A stretch of 31,006 bases of DNA from Candidatus Pacearchaeota archaeon (GTDB taxonomy: Archaea; Nanobdellota; Nanobdellia; UBA10117; JABICX01): the NCBI GenBank assembly GCA_017609995.1, contig JAFCCX010000001.1, forward strand, positions 1-31,006, read 5' to 3'. Below the pieces are notes generated by a model that ran no database searches, was not told where the DNA came from, and saw nothing but the letters and a program-made list of their open reading frames with translations. Shown in pieces: positions 19,460 through 28,565 of the stretch (position 1 is the stretch's first letter; each line of letters opens with the position of its first letter). The translations under genes and the position numbers were made by a program.

Positions 19460-20641
19460 ATGTTAATTGGTATAGTTGGTAAAGCCAATGTTGGGAAAAG
19501 TACTTTCTTCAAGGCAGCAACTCTGTCTGAAGTAGATATAGCTAACTACCCTTTCGCTACTATCAAACCAAATGAAGGAGTAGGTTTTGTTAGACATGAA
19601 TGTGTTGAAAAGTTCTTCAAAACCAAATGTAATCCTCAGAAAGGTTTCTGTATAGATGGAGAAAGATTCATACCTGTAAAACTTGTTGATGTTGCTGGTT
19701 TAGTTCCAGGAGCACATGAAGGAAAAGGTATGGGCAACAAGTTTCTTAATGATCTTTCAGCAGCAGATGTTTTGATTCATGTTGTTGATATTGCAGGGAC
19801 AACTAATGAAAATGGTGAGCCAATTAAAACAGGTTCTTATGATCCAGCTAATGATATCAAATTCCTAGAAGAAGAATTAGATTTGTGGTTCTATGGAATG
19901 TTAAAAAAGAACTGGAATAAGTTTGCTAGAACAAGTTCAATGGAACACCAAGATATTGATAAAGCACTTTATGCTCAATTTAGTGGATTAAAAGTAAATC
20001 TTTCAATGATTAAAAAAGCTAGAATCAATAAAGAACTTGATAAATGGACAGATGATGATATTCTAAAGTTTTCTAAGCGTCTGCGTGCGGTTTCAAAACC
20101 AACGATCATAGCTGCTAACAAAATTGATTTAGCTAGCGGAGAAGCAAATTTTAAACGAATAAAAAAGCAGTTTCCAAAACATATAATTATACCTGTTTCA
20201 GCTGAAGCTGAGCTAGCTCTTAGAGAAGCTGCTAAGAAAGAATTAATTTCATACGTTCCCGGTAACGGAAAATTTAGCGTGTTACAGAAAGCCAAGTTAA
20301 ATGAAAAACAGAAACAAGCTCTCAAGTTTGTTGAGAAGTTTTTAGGTAAGTGGAAAAACACAGGTGTTCAGAAATGTATGAATACAGCTGTTTATGATCT
20401 ATTGAAATTTATCACAATTTTTCCAGGTGGAGTTCATAAACTTGGGGATTCAAAAGGAAACATTCTTCCAGATGCATTCTTGCTTCCACCAAATAGCACA
20501 GCATTAGATTTTGCTAATCATATTCACACAGATTTAGGTGATAATTTTATCAAAGCAATTGATGTAAAAACAAGGAAAGCTGTTGGAAAAGACCATAAAC
20601 TCAAAGACGGCGATGTACTTGAGATAATCAGTCGGAAATAA
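19460..20641 (+). CDS. ychF: YchF/Ygr210-like Obg-family NTPase with TGS domain
   Basis: GKANVGKS, YPFATI, DVAGLVPGAHEGKGMGNKFL, ANKID and a C-terminal TGS domain. Confidence 0.95.
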   Translation: MLIGIVGKANVGKSTFFKAATLSEVDIANYPFATIKPNEGVGFVRHECVEKFFKTKCNPQKGFCIDGERFIPVKLVDVAGLVPGAHEGKGMGNKFLNDLSAADVLIHVVDIAGTTNENGEPIKTGSYDPANDIKFLEEELDLWFYGMLKKNWNKFARTSSMEHQDIDKALYAQFSGLKVNLSMIKKARINKELDKWTDDDILKFSKRLRAVSKPTIIAANKIDLASGEANFKRIKKQFPKHIIIPVSAEAELALREAAKKELISYVPGNGKFSVLQKAKLNEKQKQALKFVEKFLGKWKNTGVQKCMNTAVYDLLKFITIFPGGVHKLGDSKGNILPDAFLLPPNSTALDFANHIHTDLGDNFIKAIDVKTRKAVGKDHKLKDGDVLEIISRK

Positions 20642-21028
20642 TTATTCCATCCAGATTGGAGCATTATGGTAAAGAAAATATAGCACGGTGTCTGTATCAA
20701 AATTATGCTTTTCCTCATCAAAATTGTTATGTATGTTATCACATACTACTCGACCATCTGGTAATCTTGCGCCATAAATTCTAAAATCAGAAATATTACG
20801 ATTTCTTAATACTTCCAAAATACTATCAAGTTCTGATAAGTCCACATTGGGAAGGATAGATATGGCTTCTACTTGGCCCCCAAATTTTCCAATAGTTATT
20901 TCATGACCCTTTTCTAGAACATCTATAACTTGCCACTCATCCCAATAAAGATTTTCAGTATGTTTTTTAACTTTAGATACATCAATTTCTAATTCAGATA
21001 TTTTCTCTTTTACACCGTCATGTTCCAT
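20642..21028 (-). CDS. Hypothetical protein (128 aa)
   Basis: Clean ORF with a centred TATA upstream. Confidence 0.6.
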   Translation of the reverse strand: MEHDGVKEKISELEIDVSKVKKHTENLYWDEWQVIDVLEKGHEITIGKFGGQVEAISILPNVDLSELDSILEVLRNRNISDFRIYGARLPDGRVVCDNIHNNFDEEKHNFDTDTVLYFLYHNAPIWME

Positions 21029-21040
21029 TATTACTGTTAT

Positions 21041-21066
21041 TTGGTAACATTTATAAGATTTACCAA
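21041..21066. promoter_or_regulatory. Dyad-symmetric bidirectional promoter/operator
   Basis: TTGGTAA-cat-TTATAA-gat-TTACCAA; the centre (21053.5) is 25.5 nt from both divergent ATGs. Confidence 0.7.
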
Positions 21067-21078
21067 TTAATACCTAAT

Positions 21079-21432
21079 ATGAGATGGACGTACATTGGTA
21101 GTGATGAAGAAGAACGAAAATCTTTAGAAAGAGCACTTGAAAAATCTCCACTACATTTAATGTTACCTGTAGAAACAGCTAGTTTAGGAGTAGAGGGTGC
21201 TCCAGAAGATTATAATATAACTGCAGTAAGGATTTCAATGGGTAGCGGTGCTTTAGTTGTTCCAGATAGAGATTCTTGGATTAGTATTATAGGAGCTGAT
21301 GCTCAGATACATCCTTATAAGGGATATATACAAATAATACCTAAAAAAGGTAATCTTGGTTTTATAGACGCTTTCTTTGATGCAGAAAAAGGAAAAAAGT
21401 TATTAGAACAAAAAGGGTTTAGTTCTAAATAA
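21079..21432 (+). CDS. Hypothetical protein (117 aa)
   Basis: Clean ORF; no known motif. Confidence 0.62.
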   Translation: MRWTYIGSDEEERKSLERALEKSPLHLMLPVETASLGVEGAPEDYNITAVRISMGSGALVVPDRDSWISIIGADAQIHPYKGYIQIIPKKGNLGFIDAFFDAEKGKKLLEQKGFSSK

Positions 21433-21480
21433 ATAGCTTTTCACAAGCTTTTTAAGAGTTACTAATGAATAGTTAATATA

Positions 21481-21855
21481 ATGGAATTTGAAAGAGAGCG
21501 GTTTGAGGATACATTTTCTGGAATGCCTGTTGTAAATATACATAATAAAAAAGGAGAGAGCTTAAACCCTTCAGATAATGATTTAGTATGTAAAATACTT
21601 GAAAAAGTACCATTAAGGATAAGTGGATTTACTAGTTTTGAATCAGAAGGACTGGATATAGATGTTTCTACTGAAGGACAAAGACGCATAAGACATTTAT
21701 ACCTATACCCTAATCAACCAATTCATGCACAAATTGAGAAAATTCCTAGAAGAACCAATGTGGAAGTATCAGCAAGTCGGATTCGAGTATATACCGAATA
21801 TAAGAAAAAGAAATATAATGTTTTTGTAAATTTTAATCCTGCTGAGAAAGCATAA
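21481..21855 (+). CDS. Hypothetical protein (124 aa)
   Basis: Clean ORF with TTTTTAAG about 25-30 nt upstream; no known motif. Confidence 0.62.
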   Translation: MEFERERFEDTFSGMPVVNIHNKKGESLNPSDNDLVCKILEKVPLRISGFTSFESEGLDIDVSTEGQRRIRHLYLYPNQPIHAQIEKIPRRTNVEVSASRIRVYTEYKKKKYNVFVNFNPAEKA

Positions 21856-21947
21856 TAAGTTATCTATTTCTAATCTAGAACTTCCAAGACAATAAAGCTT
21901 ATAAATCGGGTTTTTTACATCTTTAAAGTTCTAAAGGACGAAAAATA

Positions 21948-22133
21948 ATGGGACGAATACGGACAAAATCAGTGAAAAGAGTGGCTGAAAAGCTACTTGA
22001 AACAAGTAAAGACGCATTTAGCAAAGACTTTGCTGAAAACAAGAAAAACATTTCTGAGCTAGTTGATATTAAGACTAAAAAGCTTAGAAACATGATTGCA
22101 GGGTACGTTACAAAGAAAGTGAAAACGTCGTAA
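21948..22133 (+). CDS. rps17e: 30S ribosomal protein eS17
   Basis: MGRIRTKSVKR...FSKDFAENKK...KKLRNMIAGYVT. Confidence 0.96.
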   Translation: MGRIRTKSVKRVAEKLLETSKDAFSKDFAENKKNISELVDIKTKKLRNMIAGYVTKKVKTS

Positions 22134-22190
22134 AGACTTTTTTTGTATGCCCCACAAATCTATGATTTGTTAGGGCGTTACAAAGAAAGT
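22101..22190 (+). repeat. Direct repeat plus inverted copy able to form two alternative long hairpins
   Basis: CGTTACAAAGAAAGT at 22106-22120 and 22176-22190; the complementary tract ACTTTTTTTGTA at 22136-22147 lies between them. Confidence 0.85.
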
Positions 22191-22218
22191 AAAGACTGCA
22201 CAATGAGGTTAACAAAAC

Positions 22219-22611
22219 ATGGAAGATTACGCTATATATGTTGGCGGTAAGCCATTTATGAATTATGTAACTGCAGTGGTTATGCAATTTACTACTAAAG
22301 GAGCAGATAAAGTTGTTATTAAAGCTCGAGGTAAGTTCATAAGCCGAGCAGTTGATGTTGCAGAAGTTGTCAAAAGTAGATTTTTAAGAGATCAAGTTGC
22401 TGTTGAAGGAATGGAGATGGATTCTGAGGAATTTACAAACAAAGAAGGAAAACAAGTTCGAGTTTCAACATTAGATATTACTCTTGGAAGAGTAGAGAGT
22501 AAACCAGCACCTGAACCAGCTCCAAAAGCTGAAAAACCAAAGAAAGAAGAACCTGCTGAAGAAGAGACACCTGCAGAAGAGACTGAAGAAGCTGAAAAGG
22601 AAGCTAAATAG
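22219..22611 (+). CDS. albA: DNA/RNA-binding protein Alba with an acidic Pro/Glu/Lys tail
   Basis: IYVGGKPFMNYVTAV, VIKARGKFISRAVDVAE, VSTLDITL; SD GAGGT at 22205-22209. Confidence 0.95.
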   Translation: MEDYAIYVGGKPFMNYVTAVVMQFTTKGADKVVIKARGKFISRAVDVAEVVKSRFLRDQVAVEGMEMDSEEFTNKEGKQVRVSTLDITLGRVESKPAPEPAPKAEKPKKEEPAEEETPAEETEEAEKEAK

Positions 22612-22635
22612 GCTTCTGCTTTTTTAATTTTTAAA

Positions 22636-22917
22636 ATGGTAAAGCTAAGTGAAATAACAGACAGAATAAATACAAGTGATTTGAGTTTTTCAGGAATTGA
22701 AGAAATTCTTTTGAAAATTAAAAATGAAAAGCAATTAGATGATTTTAAAGCTGGTCTTTCTGATGGTCTATATGGTAGACCTTTTAAGGGGAAAAGAAAG
22801 TTCTATAAATTAGGTTATCCTCAAGGTGAAAAAATTATTGATATGAGAAGTATACGAGTAGCTAGTATACGTTTGGCATATATGGTTGATGAAAAAAGAA
22901 GGACACTTACTCCCTGA
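22636..22917 (+). CDS. Hypothetical protein (93 aa)
   Basis: Clean ORF; no recognisable family. Confidence 0.55.
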   Translation: MVKLSEITDRINTSDLSFSGIEEILLKIKNEKQLDDFKAGLSDGLYGRPFKGKRKFYKLGYPQGEKIIDMRSIRVASIRLAYMVDEKRRTLTP

Positions 22918-23845
22918 ATTCTACATCATCTACAATTCCATCTGAGTCAAGGTCAATTCCTTCTACAACCTTAGCTATATACTTAGAATCATGTTTGTTT
23001 CCAGCTGTTATCTGGCTAAAGCCTTTTAGAAAAGCAATAATAGCTGCCCGTGTTCCAGCATGCCTTCGACCAGCAATCCAGAGAACATGTTTTTTCTCAT
23101 TATATGGATTTGGTGCTTTTACAATCATACCATGACTTTCTTCTAAATAAGTTGTTTGAGATAAATTTGAATGAATTGCCCAGTTCTGGTTTGCATCAAA
23201 ATTAATTGGAAGTTTTCCATTGATTTTTTGAGAAATGCTATTGACAATTGGCCCACCAATTATGATAATATTGTTCTCTTCAAGATCTGTATCATGAACT
23301 TCTGTATCTAATCTAACATTTAATTTAGGAACATAATTTAAGAAAGTGCCTAGAAACAGAGCAAAATCAATACCATAATAGCCATCTCTTGACCTAGCTC
23401 TTTGCGGTCCATGTGGATCTGGGCTTCCGACAATAATTAATGCATTTAGTTCTCCATTTTTAATAAATGGTTCTAGGAATTTCCTGTGTTGTGTTTTAAG
23501 GTGAGATAAACCCTTATGCATTGGCTTAAACTCACCAAGTTTGAAGTAAAAAGCAGATTCAGTTAAACCATAGAAGGTTGTTAGTGCTCCATGTATTCTT
23601 TTATGTTCAACTGCATTAATTAAGCCAGCTCTTTCAAGTTTTCGTATATGATAGTACACTTTTTGCTCATGAACCTTCAATTTTTTCGCAATTTCAATAG
23701 GATAAGCAGGCTTTTCCTTTAGAATTTTAAGTATCTCATTACTAAGCTCAGAAGCTAGAGTTTTGAGTTGCTCTCGCTTTATTTCAATAGTAGGTAAAGA
23801 TAAGATTTCATTCTTTTTTTGCTGAATTATGTAGTCTGTAGCCAT
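22907..23845 (-). CDS. ArsR-like wHTH transcription regulator with a C-terminal alpha/beta (S-layer-C-like) domain
   Basis: ILKILKEKPAYPIEIAKKLKVHEQKVYYHIRKLERAGLI; C-terminal NIIIIGGPIVN motif. Divergent from glmS. Confidence 0.82.
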   Translation of the reverse strand: MATDYIIQQKKNEILSLPTIEIKREQLKTLASELSNEILKILKEKPAYPIEIAKKLKVHEQKVYYHIRKLERAGLINAVEHKRIHGALTTFYGLTESAFYFKLGEFKPMHKGLSHLKTQHRKFLEPFIKNGELNALIIVGSPDPHGPQRARSRDGYYGIDFALFLGTFLNYVPKLNVRLDTEVHDTDLEENNIIIIGGPIVNSISQKINGKLPINFDANQNWAIHSNLSQTTYLEESHGMIVKAPNPYNEKKHVLWIAGRRHAGTRAAIIAFLKGFSQITAGNKHDSKYIAKVVEGIDLDSDGIVDDVEFRE

Positions 23846-23865
23846 TATAACTTCCTTTTTAATAG

Positions 23866-23884
23866 TTCTAAAGTTTTTTTAGAA
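23866..23884. promoter_or_regulatory. Candidate operator (7-bp inverted repeat) between the regulator and glmS
   Basis: TTCTAAA-GTTTT-TTTAGAA, immediately upstream of the glmS TATA-like TTTAATAA (23889-23896). Confidence 0.45.
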
Positions 23885-23920
23885 GTCGTTTAATAAAAGC
23901 ATTTCTTTAGTAGACTCAAC

Positions 23921-25690
23921 ATGTGTGGCATCATAGGATATTTTGGAACGCGAAGCGCACCACCACTTCTTGTAAAAGCCTTGAAAACACTAGAATATAG
24001 AGGTTATGATTCTTGGGGTATTGCTATAAAACACGGAAAAGAAATAAAATTGCATAAAAAAGTAGGAAAAATTGGTGAAGAAACTAAAGTTCCTTTTGCT
24101 GGTGTTGAAACAACAATTGGAATTGGCCATACAAGATGGGCAACTCATGGTTCAGTAACAGATGCTAATGCTCACCCACATTTTTCAACAGATGAAAAGG
24201 TTGCTGTTGTTCATAATGGCGTTGTTGAAAATTATCAGGAAATAAGAGAAAATCTTCAGAAGCAAGGCTTCAAATTCAGGTCAGATACAGATACAGAGGT
24301 TATACCGCTTCTAATTGAGAATTACATGAAAAAAGGTCTAACTTTGTATGATGCTTTTAAATTAACTCTAAAAGACCTTGTTGGAAGATATGCTATTGTT
24401 GTTTTATGTGCTGAAAGTAATGAAATTATCGCTGCAAGAAATGGCTCACCACTTGTTGTTGGACAAGGGTATAATGAAACATTTATTGCGTCAGATATGC
24501 CTGCTTTTTTAGACCATACAAAGAAAGTTATTTACTTAAAAGATCATGATATTGTTAGAATTACTTCTTCTGAAACTACAATTTTTAATCTTGAAGATAA
24601 TATGCTTGTAAAACGAGAAGTTGATACAATAGAATGGGATGCTGAGCAAGCAAAAAAAGGCGATTTTAAGCATTTTATGATTAAAGAAATCCTTGAGCAA
24701 GTTGAAGTTGTTGAACGAACATTATCTCGAGATATGACTGAAATTGAAGATTTTGCTAAGGAAATAAAAAGTGCTGATAAAGTTCTAATGGTTGCGTGTG
24801 GAACAGCCTCTTACGCTTGCATGGCTGCAAGTTACATATTCGCTAAGGTCGCCAAGATAAGTGCTAATGTTATTAGCGGAGCAGAATTCAAGTATTTTGC
24901 AGATTTCATTACTCCTAAAACAGTAGTTATCGCTGTCTCTCAATCAGGTGAGACAGCTGATGTTCTAGAATCAATTCAAGCAGCAAAAGAAAAGGGAGCT
25001 AAGATACTCGCTGTTATTAATGTCCGAGGGTCAACAATAACAAGAGCGTCAGATAAAGTTGTTATAACTCAAGCTGGCCCAGAGATTTGTGTGCTTTCAA
25101 CAAAAGCATATACTGCTCAGGTTCTTGTTCTAAGTTTAATTGCACATGCTGTTGCAGGTACTCTGAAAGAAGGTACAGAAAATGCTAAAGATTTAATTAA
25201 GAATTTGTATAATTTAACTTCAAAAAGCATGAGAGATTATATCCAACAACTAGCTGAGAGATTAAGATATTCTCAACATCTTTTCTTAATTGGAAGGAAT
25301 CTTCAGTATCCAACAGCAATTGAATCTGCTTTGAAAATTAAAGAAGTTTCATATATTCATGCAGAAGCTTTTGCTGGCGGAGATTTGAAGCATGGAACAA
25401 TAGCACTAATTGAGTATGGAACACCTTGCATTGTTTTTACATCAGAAGATACAGAGCAAGAAGTTCTAATTAATGCTGCTGAAGTCAAAGCCAGAGGGGG
25501 TTATATCATCGGAGTAGGACCAAATAACAACGAGTTGTTTGATTTCTATGTCAAAGTCAGGGAAGCAGATGAGTTTAACTCAATTTGTCAGGTTATTCCA
25601 ATGCAGATTCTAGCTTATCAGTTAGCTTTACTTCGTGGGAAAGACCCAGATAAGCCAAGAAATCTAGCAAAAAGTGTGGTTGTAAAATGA
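23921..25690 (+). CDS. glmS: Glutamine--fructose-6-phosphate aminotransferase
   Basis: MCGIIG (catalytic Cys), LEYRGYDSWG, HTRWATHG, SQSGETAD, DPDKPRNLAKSV. Confidence 0.98.
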   Translation: MCGIIGYFGTRSAPPLLVKALKTLEYRGYDSWGIAIKHGKEIKLHKKVGKIGEETKVPFAGVETTIGIGHTRWATHGSVTDANAHPHFSTDEKVAVVHNGVVENYQEIRENLQKQGFKFRSDTDTEVIPLLIENYMKKGLTLYDAFKLTLKDLVGRYAIVVLCAESNEIIAARNGSPLVVGQGYNETFIASDMPAFLDHTKKVIYLKDHDIVRITSSETTIFNLEDNMLVKREVDTIEWDAEQAKKGDFKHFMIKEILEQVEVVERTLSRDMTEIEDFAKEIKSADKVLMVACGTASYACMAASYIFAKVAKISANVISGAEFKYFADFITPKTVVIAVSQSGETADVLESIQAAKEKGAKILAVINVRGSTITRASDKVVITQAGPEICVLSTKAYTAQVLVLSLIAHAVAGTLKEGTENAKDLIKNLYNLTSKSMRDYIQQLAERLRYSQHLFLIGRNLQYPTAIESALKIKEVSYIHAEAFAGGDLKHGTIALIEYGTPCIVFTSEDTEQEVLINAAEVKARGGYIIGVGPNNNELFDFYVKVREADEFNSICQVIPMQILAYQLALLRGKDPDKPRNLAKSVVVK

Positions 25691-27012
25691 ACATGCAAGT
25701 TTTTAAACCAAATGATGTTCGGGGAGTTTACCCAGTTGAGTTAGACGAGTCTTTTGCATATGGTTTAGGCAGAGCAATTGCAACTGTTTGGCCCGGAAAG
25801 ATTGTAGTTGGCGGAGATGGAAGAATTAGCACACCAGCTTTAAGAAAAAGTTTGATAAATGGATTAGTTGATTCTGGTGCTGAAGTAATTGATCTCAGAT
25901 TAACACCAACACCAATGGTTTGTTTTGCAGTAAGACATTTAGAAGCAGATTTAGGAATTAATATTACTGCGTCTCACAATCCACCAGAATATAATGGATT
26001 CAAATTTTTAGATTCTAAAGGAAGAGCATTCAATACTTTTGATGAGCTTAAGAAGACACTTGATTCTTCTAATTTCAAGAACAATTGCGGTAATCTAGAA
26101 GAAATAGATCTTAAAAAAGAATATGTAGATTATCTAACTTCTAAAATCAAAACTAAACTAAACTTCAAAATTGTTGCTGATTTTGGAAATGCTGTACCTG
26201 GAATTATTTTCCCCGCTGTTTTTGAGAAAGTGGGACTCAAAGTTATTCCTCTTTTCGCAGAACTAGATGGAGATTTTCCAAACCATCTTCCAAATCCAGA
26301 AAGTGAAAAATATCTCCAAGATGTTATGGCGAAAGTAAAAGAAGAAAAAGCTGACTTTGGTGTTTCATTTGATGGAGATGGAGATAGAGTTGCTGTAATT
26401 AATTCTAATGGTGAAATAATCCCCTCAGAGCTGTCATTTGCTGCACTAATTCATTCTAAAAAAGGAAAATATGTTCAAGATAGTTTGATTTCCAGAAAGA
26501 TTCGCGATTTTGTAAATGAAAGAGGTAGTGAACTTACTATTTGTCGTGTTGGACATACTTTTGTTATACAAAAGATGAAAGAAACAGACTCAGATATTGG
26601 TGGAGAGTTATCTGGACATTTCTACTTCAAAGAGATTGAGTATGTCGATGATGCTTGTTTTGCAACTTTAAAGATTTTGGAAGCTATTACAAAAATATCT
26701 CTAAAAGATCTTGCTACGAGATTACCAAAATATTATTCAAATATATCACGTGATAATCGAATTACCTTTCATGGAGATAAGGAAGCATATATAGAGAAAC
26801 TAGCTAAACAATTCAAGGACCAAGGTTTTGAAACAGACCGCCTTGACGGAGTTCGTATTCTTATGCCCAGGGGTGGGTGGTTGCTGGTTAGAGCTAGTAA
26901 TACAGAACCAGTTTTAATCTATAGTTATGAATCATCAGACAAAGCAGAATTCGAAGAACTTAAAACAATTATGGATAATATATTAGTTGAGGTAAAAAAT
27001 GCAGGAAATTGA
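25687..27012 (+). CDS. Phosphomannomutase/phosphoglucomutase (phosphohexomutase family; possibly acting as GlmM)
   Basis: TASHNP phosphoserine loop, FDGDGDR metal loop, GELSGH, VRASNTEP. Confidence 0.93.
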   Translation: MNMQVFKPNDVRGVYPVELDESFAYGLGRAIATVWPGKIVVGGDGRISTPALRKSLINGLVDSGAEVIDLRLTPTPMVCFAVRHLEADLGINITASHNPPEYNGFKFLDSKGRAFNTFDELKKTLDSSNFKNNCGNLEEIDLKKEYVDYLTSKIKTKLNFKIVADFGNAVPGIIFPAVFEKVGLKVIPLFAELDGDFPNHLPNPESEKYLQDVMAKVKEEKADFGVSFDGDGDRVAVINSNGEIIPSELSFAALIHSKKGKYVQDSLISRKIRDFVNERGSELTICRVGHTFVIQKMKETDSDIGGELSGHFYFKEIEYVDDACFATLKILEAITKISLKDLATRLPKYYSNISRDNRITFHGDKEAYIEKLAKQFKDQGFETDRLDGVRILMPRGGWLLVRASNTEPVLIYSYESSDKAEFEELKTIMDNILVEVKNAGN

Positions 27013-27475
27013 AATACTTGGTAGAGGTGGACAAGGTGCAGTTACAACTGCATATATTCTAGCTGAAGCTATATTCCTAGAAGGAAAGTTCTCACAAGCT
27101 TTTCCATTTTTTGGAGTAGAAAGGCAAGGATCACCTGTTTTTGGTTATGTTCGAATCTCAGATAAAAACAGCTTCCCAATCCAGCATGTTTACAAACCAG
27201 AGATTTCTGTTGTTTTTGAGAAGTCACTTATAAAACTTGCTAAGGGAAAAAGACTAATCAGTAGTCCTAAGACTGTGGATGCTCAGAAGATTGCAATAGA
27301 AACCATTGGTAAGCCAGTATTTGGTACAGTATTACTAGGTGCTCTAGTTAAGAGCACAAAAGTTTGTAAACCTAAATCAGTTGAAAAAGCAATAAAGAAA
27401 ATGTTTGATTGCAAAGAAACAGCTGACAAGAATATCAAAGCATTTAGGAGAGGTTATGATGAAACAACTAATTGA
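26999..27475 (+). CDS. porG: 2-oxoacid:ferredoxin oxidoreductase gamma subunit (short)
   Basis: GRGGQGAVT, AFPFFGVERQGSP; SD GAGGT upstream. Confidence 0.9.
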   Translation: MQEIEILGRGGQGAVTTAYILAEAIFLEGKFSQAFPFFGVERQGSPVFGYVRISDKNSFPIQHVYKPEISVVFEKSLIKLAKGKRLISSPKTVDAQKIAIETIGKPVFGTVLLGALVKSTKVCKPKSVEKAIKKMFDCKETADKNIKAFRRGYDETTN

Positions 27476-28565
27476 AGGTAGTCATGCAGTAGCTGAAATG
27501 GTTAGGTTATGTGGACCAAAAGTTATTGCTGCATTTCCAATTACACCACAAACTCATATTGTAGAAAAACTTGCAGAGATAGTTGCACAAAAGAAACTTG
27601 ATGCACAGTTTATAAATGTTGAATCAGAGTTTTCAGCAATCTCAGTTATACTTGGAGCTCAAGCTGCAGGTGTTAGAACATTCACAGCAACTGCATCTCA
27701 AGGCTTAGCTTTGATGCATGAAGTTTTACATGCAACATCTGGATTAAGAATGCCACTAGTAATGGTTGTTGCTAATCGAGCACTCTCAGCTCCTATTAAT
27801 ATTTGGGGAGATCAATCAGATTCAGTTGCACAAAGAGATACTGGTTGGATACAGCTTTATGCAGAATCTATTCAAGAAGCAGCTGATTTAATTCCACAAG
27901 CTTACAAGATTGCAGAGAAAGCTCAGCTACCTGTTATGGTTTGCATGGACGGGTATTATTTAACTCACACAAAAGAAGTTGCAGATATACCAACTTCTTT
28001 GAAAGGATTTTTAGGAAATTACAAACCAAAAATAGTTCTTGATCCAAAGAAACCAATTACAATTGGTCCACTTGCTAATCCAGATTATTTCCAGGAAATC
28101 AAGAAAGAACAAGATAAAGCATTAAGAGATTCAGATAAGATTGTTAGCAAAGTTGCAAAAGAATATTCAACTAAATTCAAACGAAAGCAAACTGGATTAG
28201 TTGAAGGTTACAAACTCAAAGATGCTGAATATGTTTTTGTTTCAATGGGTTCAATAATCACAAATGCAAAACTTGTTGTTGACCAACTAAGAAAAGAAGG
28301 AGACAAAGTTGGAATTCTAAAGATTGGTTGTTTTAGACCATTCCCTGCAAAAGAAATTAAAAAAGCTCTTTCTGGAAAACAAGTTGCTGTTTTTGAAAAA
28401 GAAAGCTACAGAGCACTTTATTCAGAAGTCAAAGCAAGTGTTCCAGATGCAAAAATAGTAAGTTATGTCGGTGGACTTGGTGGAAGAGATATTACAGTAA
28501 ATCATGTTAGAACAATGTTCAACTTAGAAAAGAAAAAGGATGGTGATGAGTTATGGGTGGCTTAA
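27459..28565 (+). CDS. porA: 2-oxoacid:ferredoxin oxidoreductase alpha subunit
   Basis: AAFPITPQT, VESEFSA, TATASQGL, NRALSAP. Start at ATG 27456 or 27459 after GGAGAGG. Confidence 0.93.
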   Translation: MKQLIEGSHAVAEMVRLCGPKVIAAFPITPQTHIVEKLAEIVAQKKLDAQFINVESEFSAISVILGAQAAGVRTFTATASQGLALMHEVLHATSGLRMPLVMVVANRALSAPINIWGDQSDSVAQRDTGWIQLYAESIQEAADLIPQAYKIAEKAQLPVMVCMDGYYLTHTKEVADIPTSLKGFLGNYKPKIVLDPKKPITIGPLANPDYFQEIKKEQDKALRDSDKIVSKVAKEYSTKFKRKQTGLVEGYKLKDAEYVFVSMGSIITNAKLVVDQLRKEGDKVGILKIGCFRPFPAKEIKKALSGKQVAVFEKESYRALYSEVKASVPDAKIVSYVGGLGGRDITVNHVRTMFNLEKKKDGDELWVA

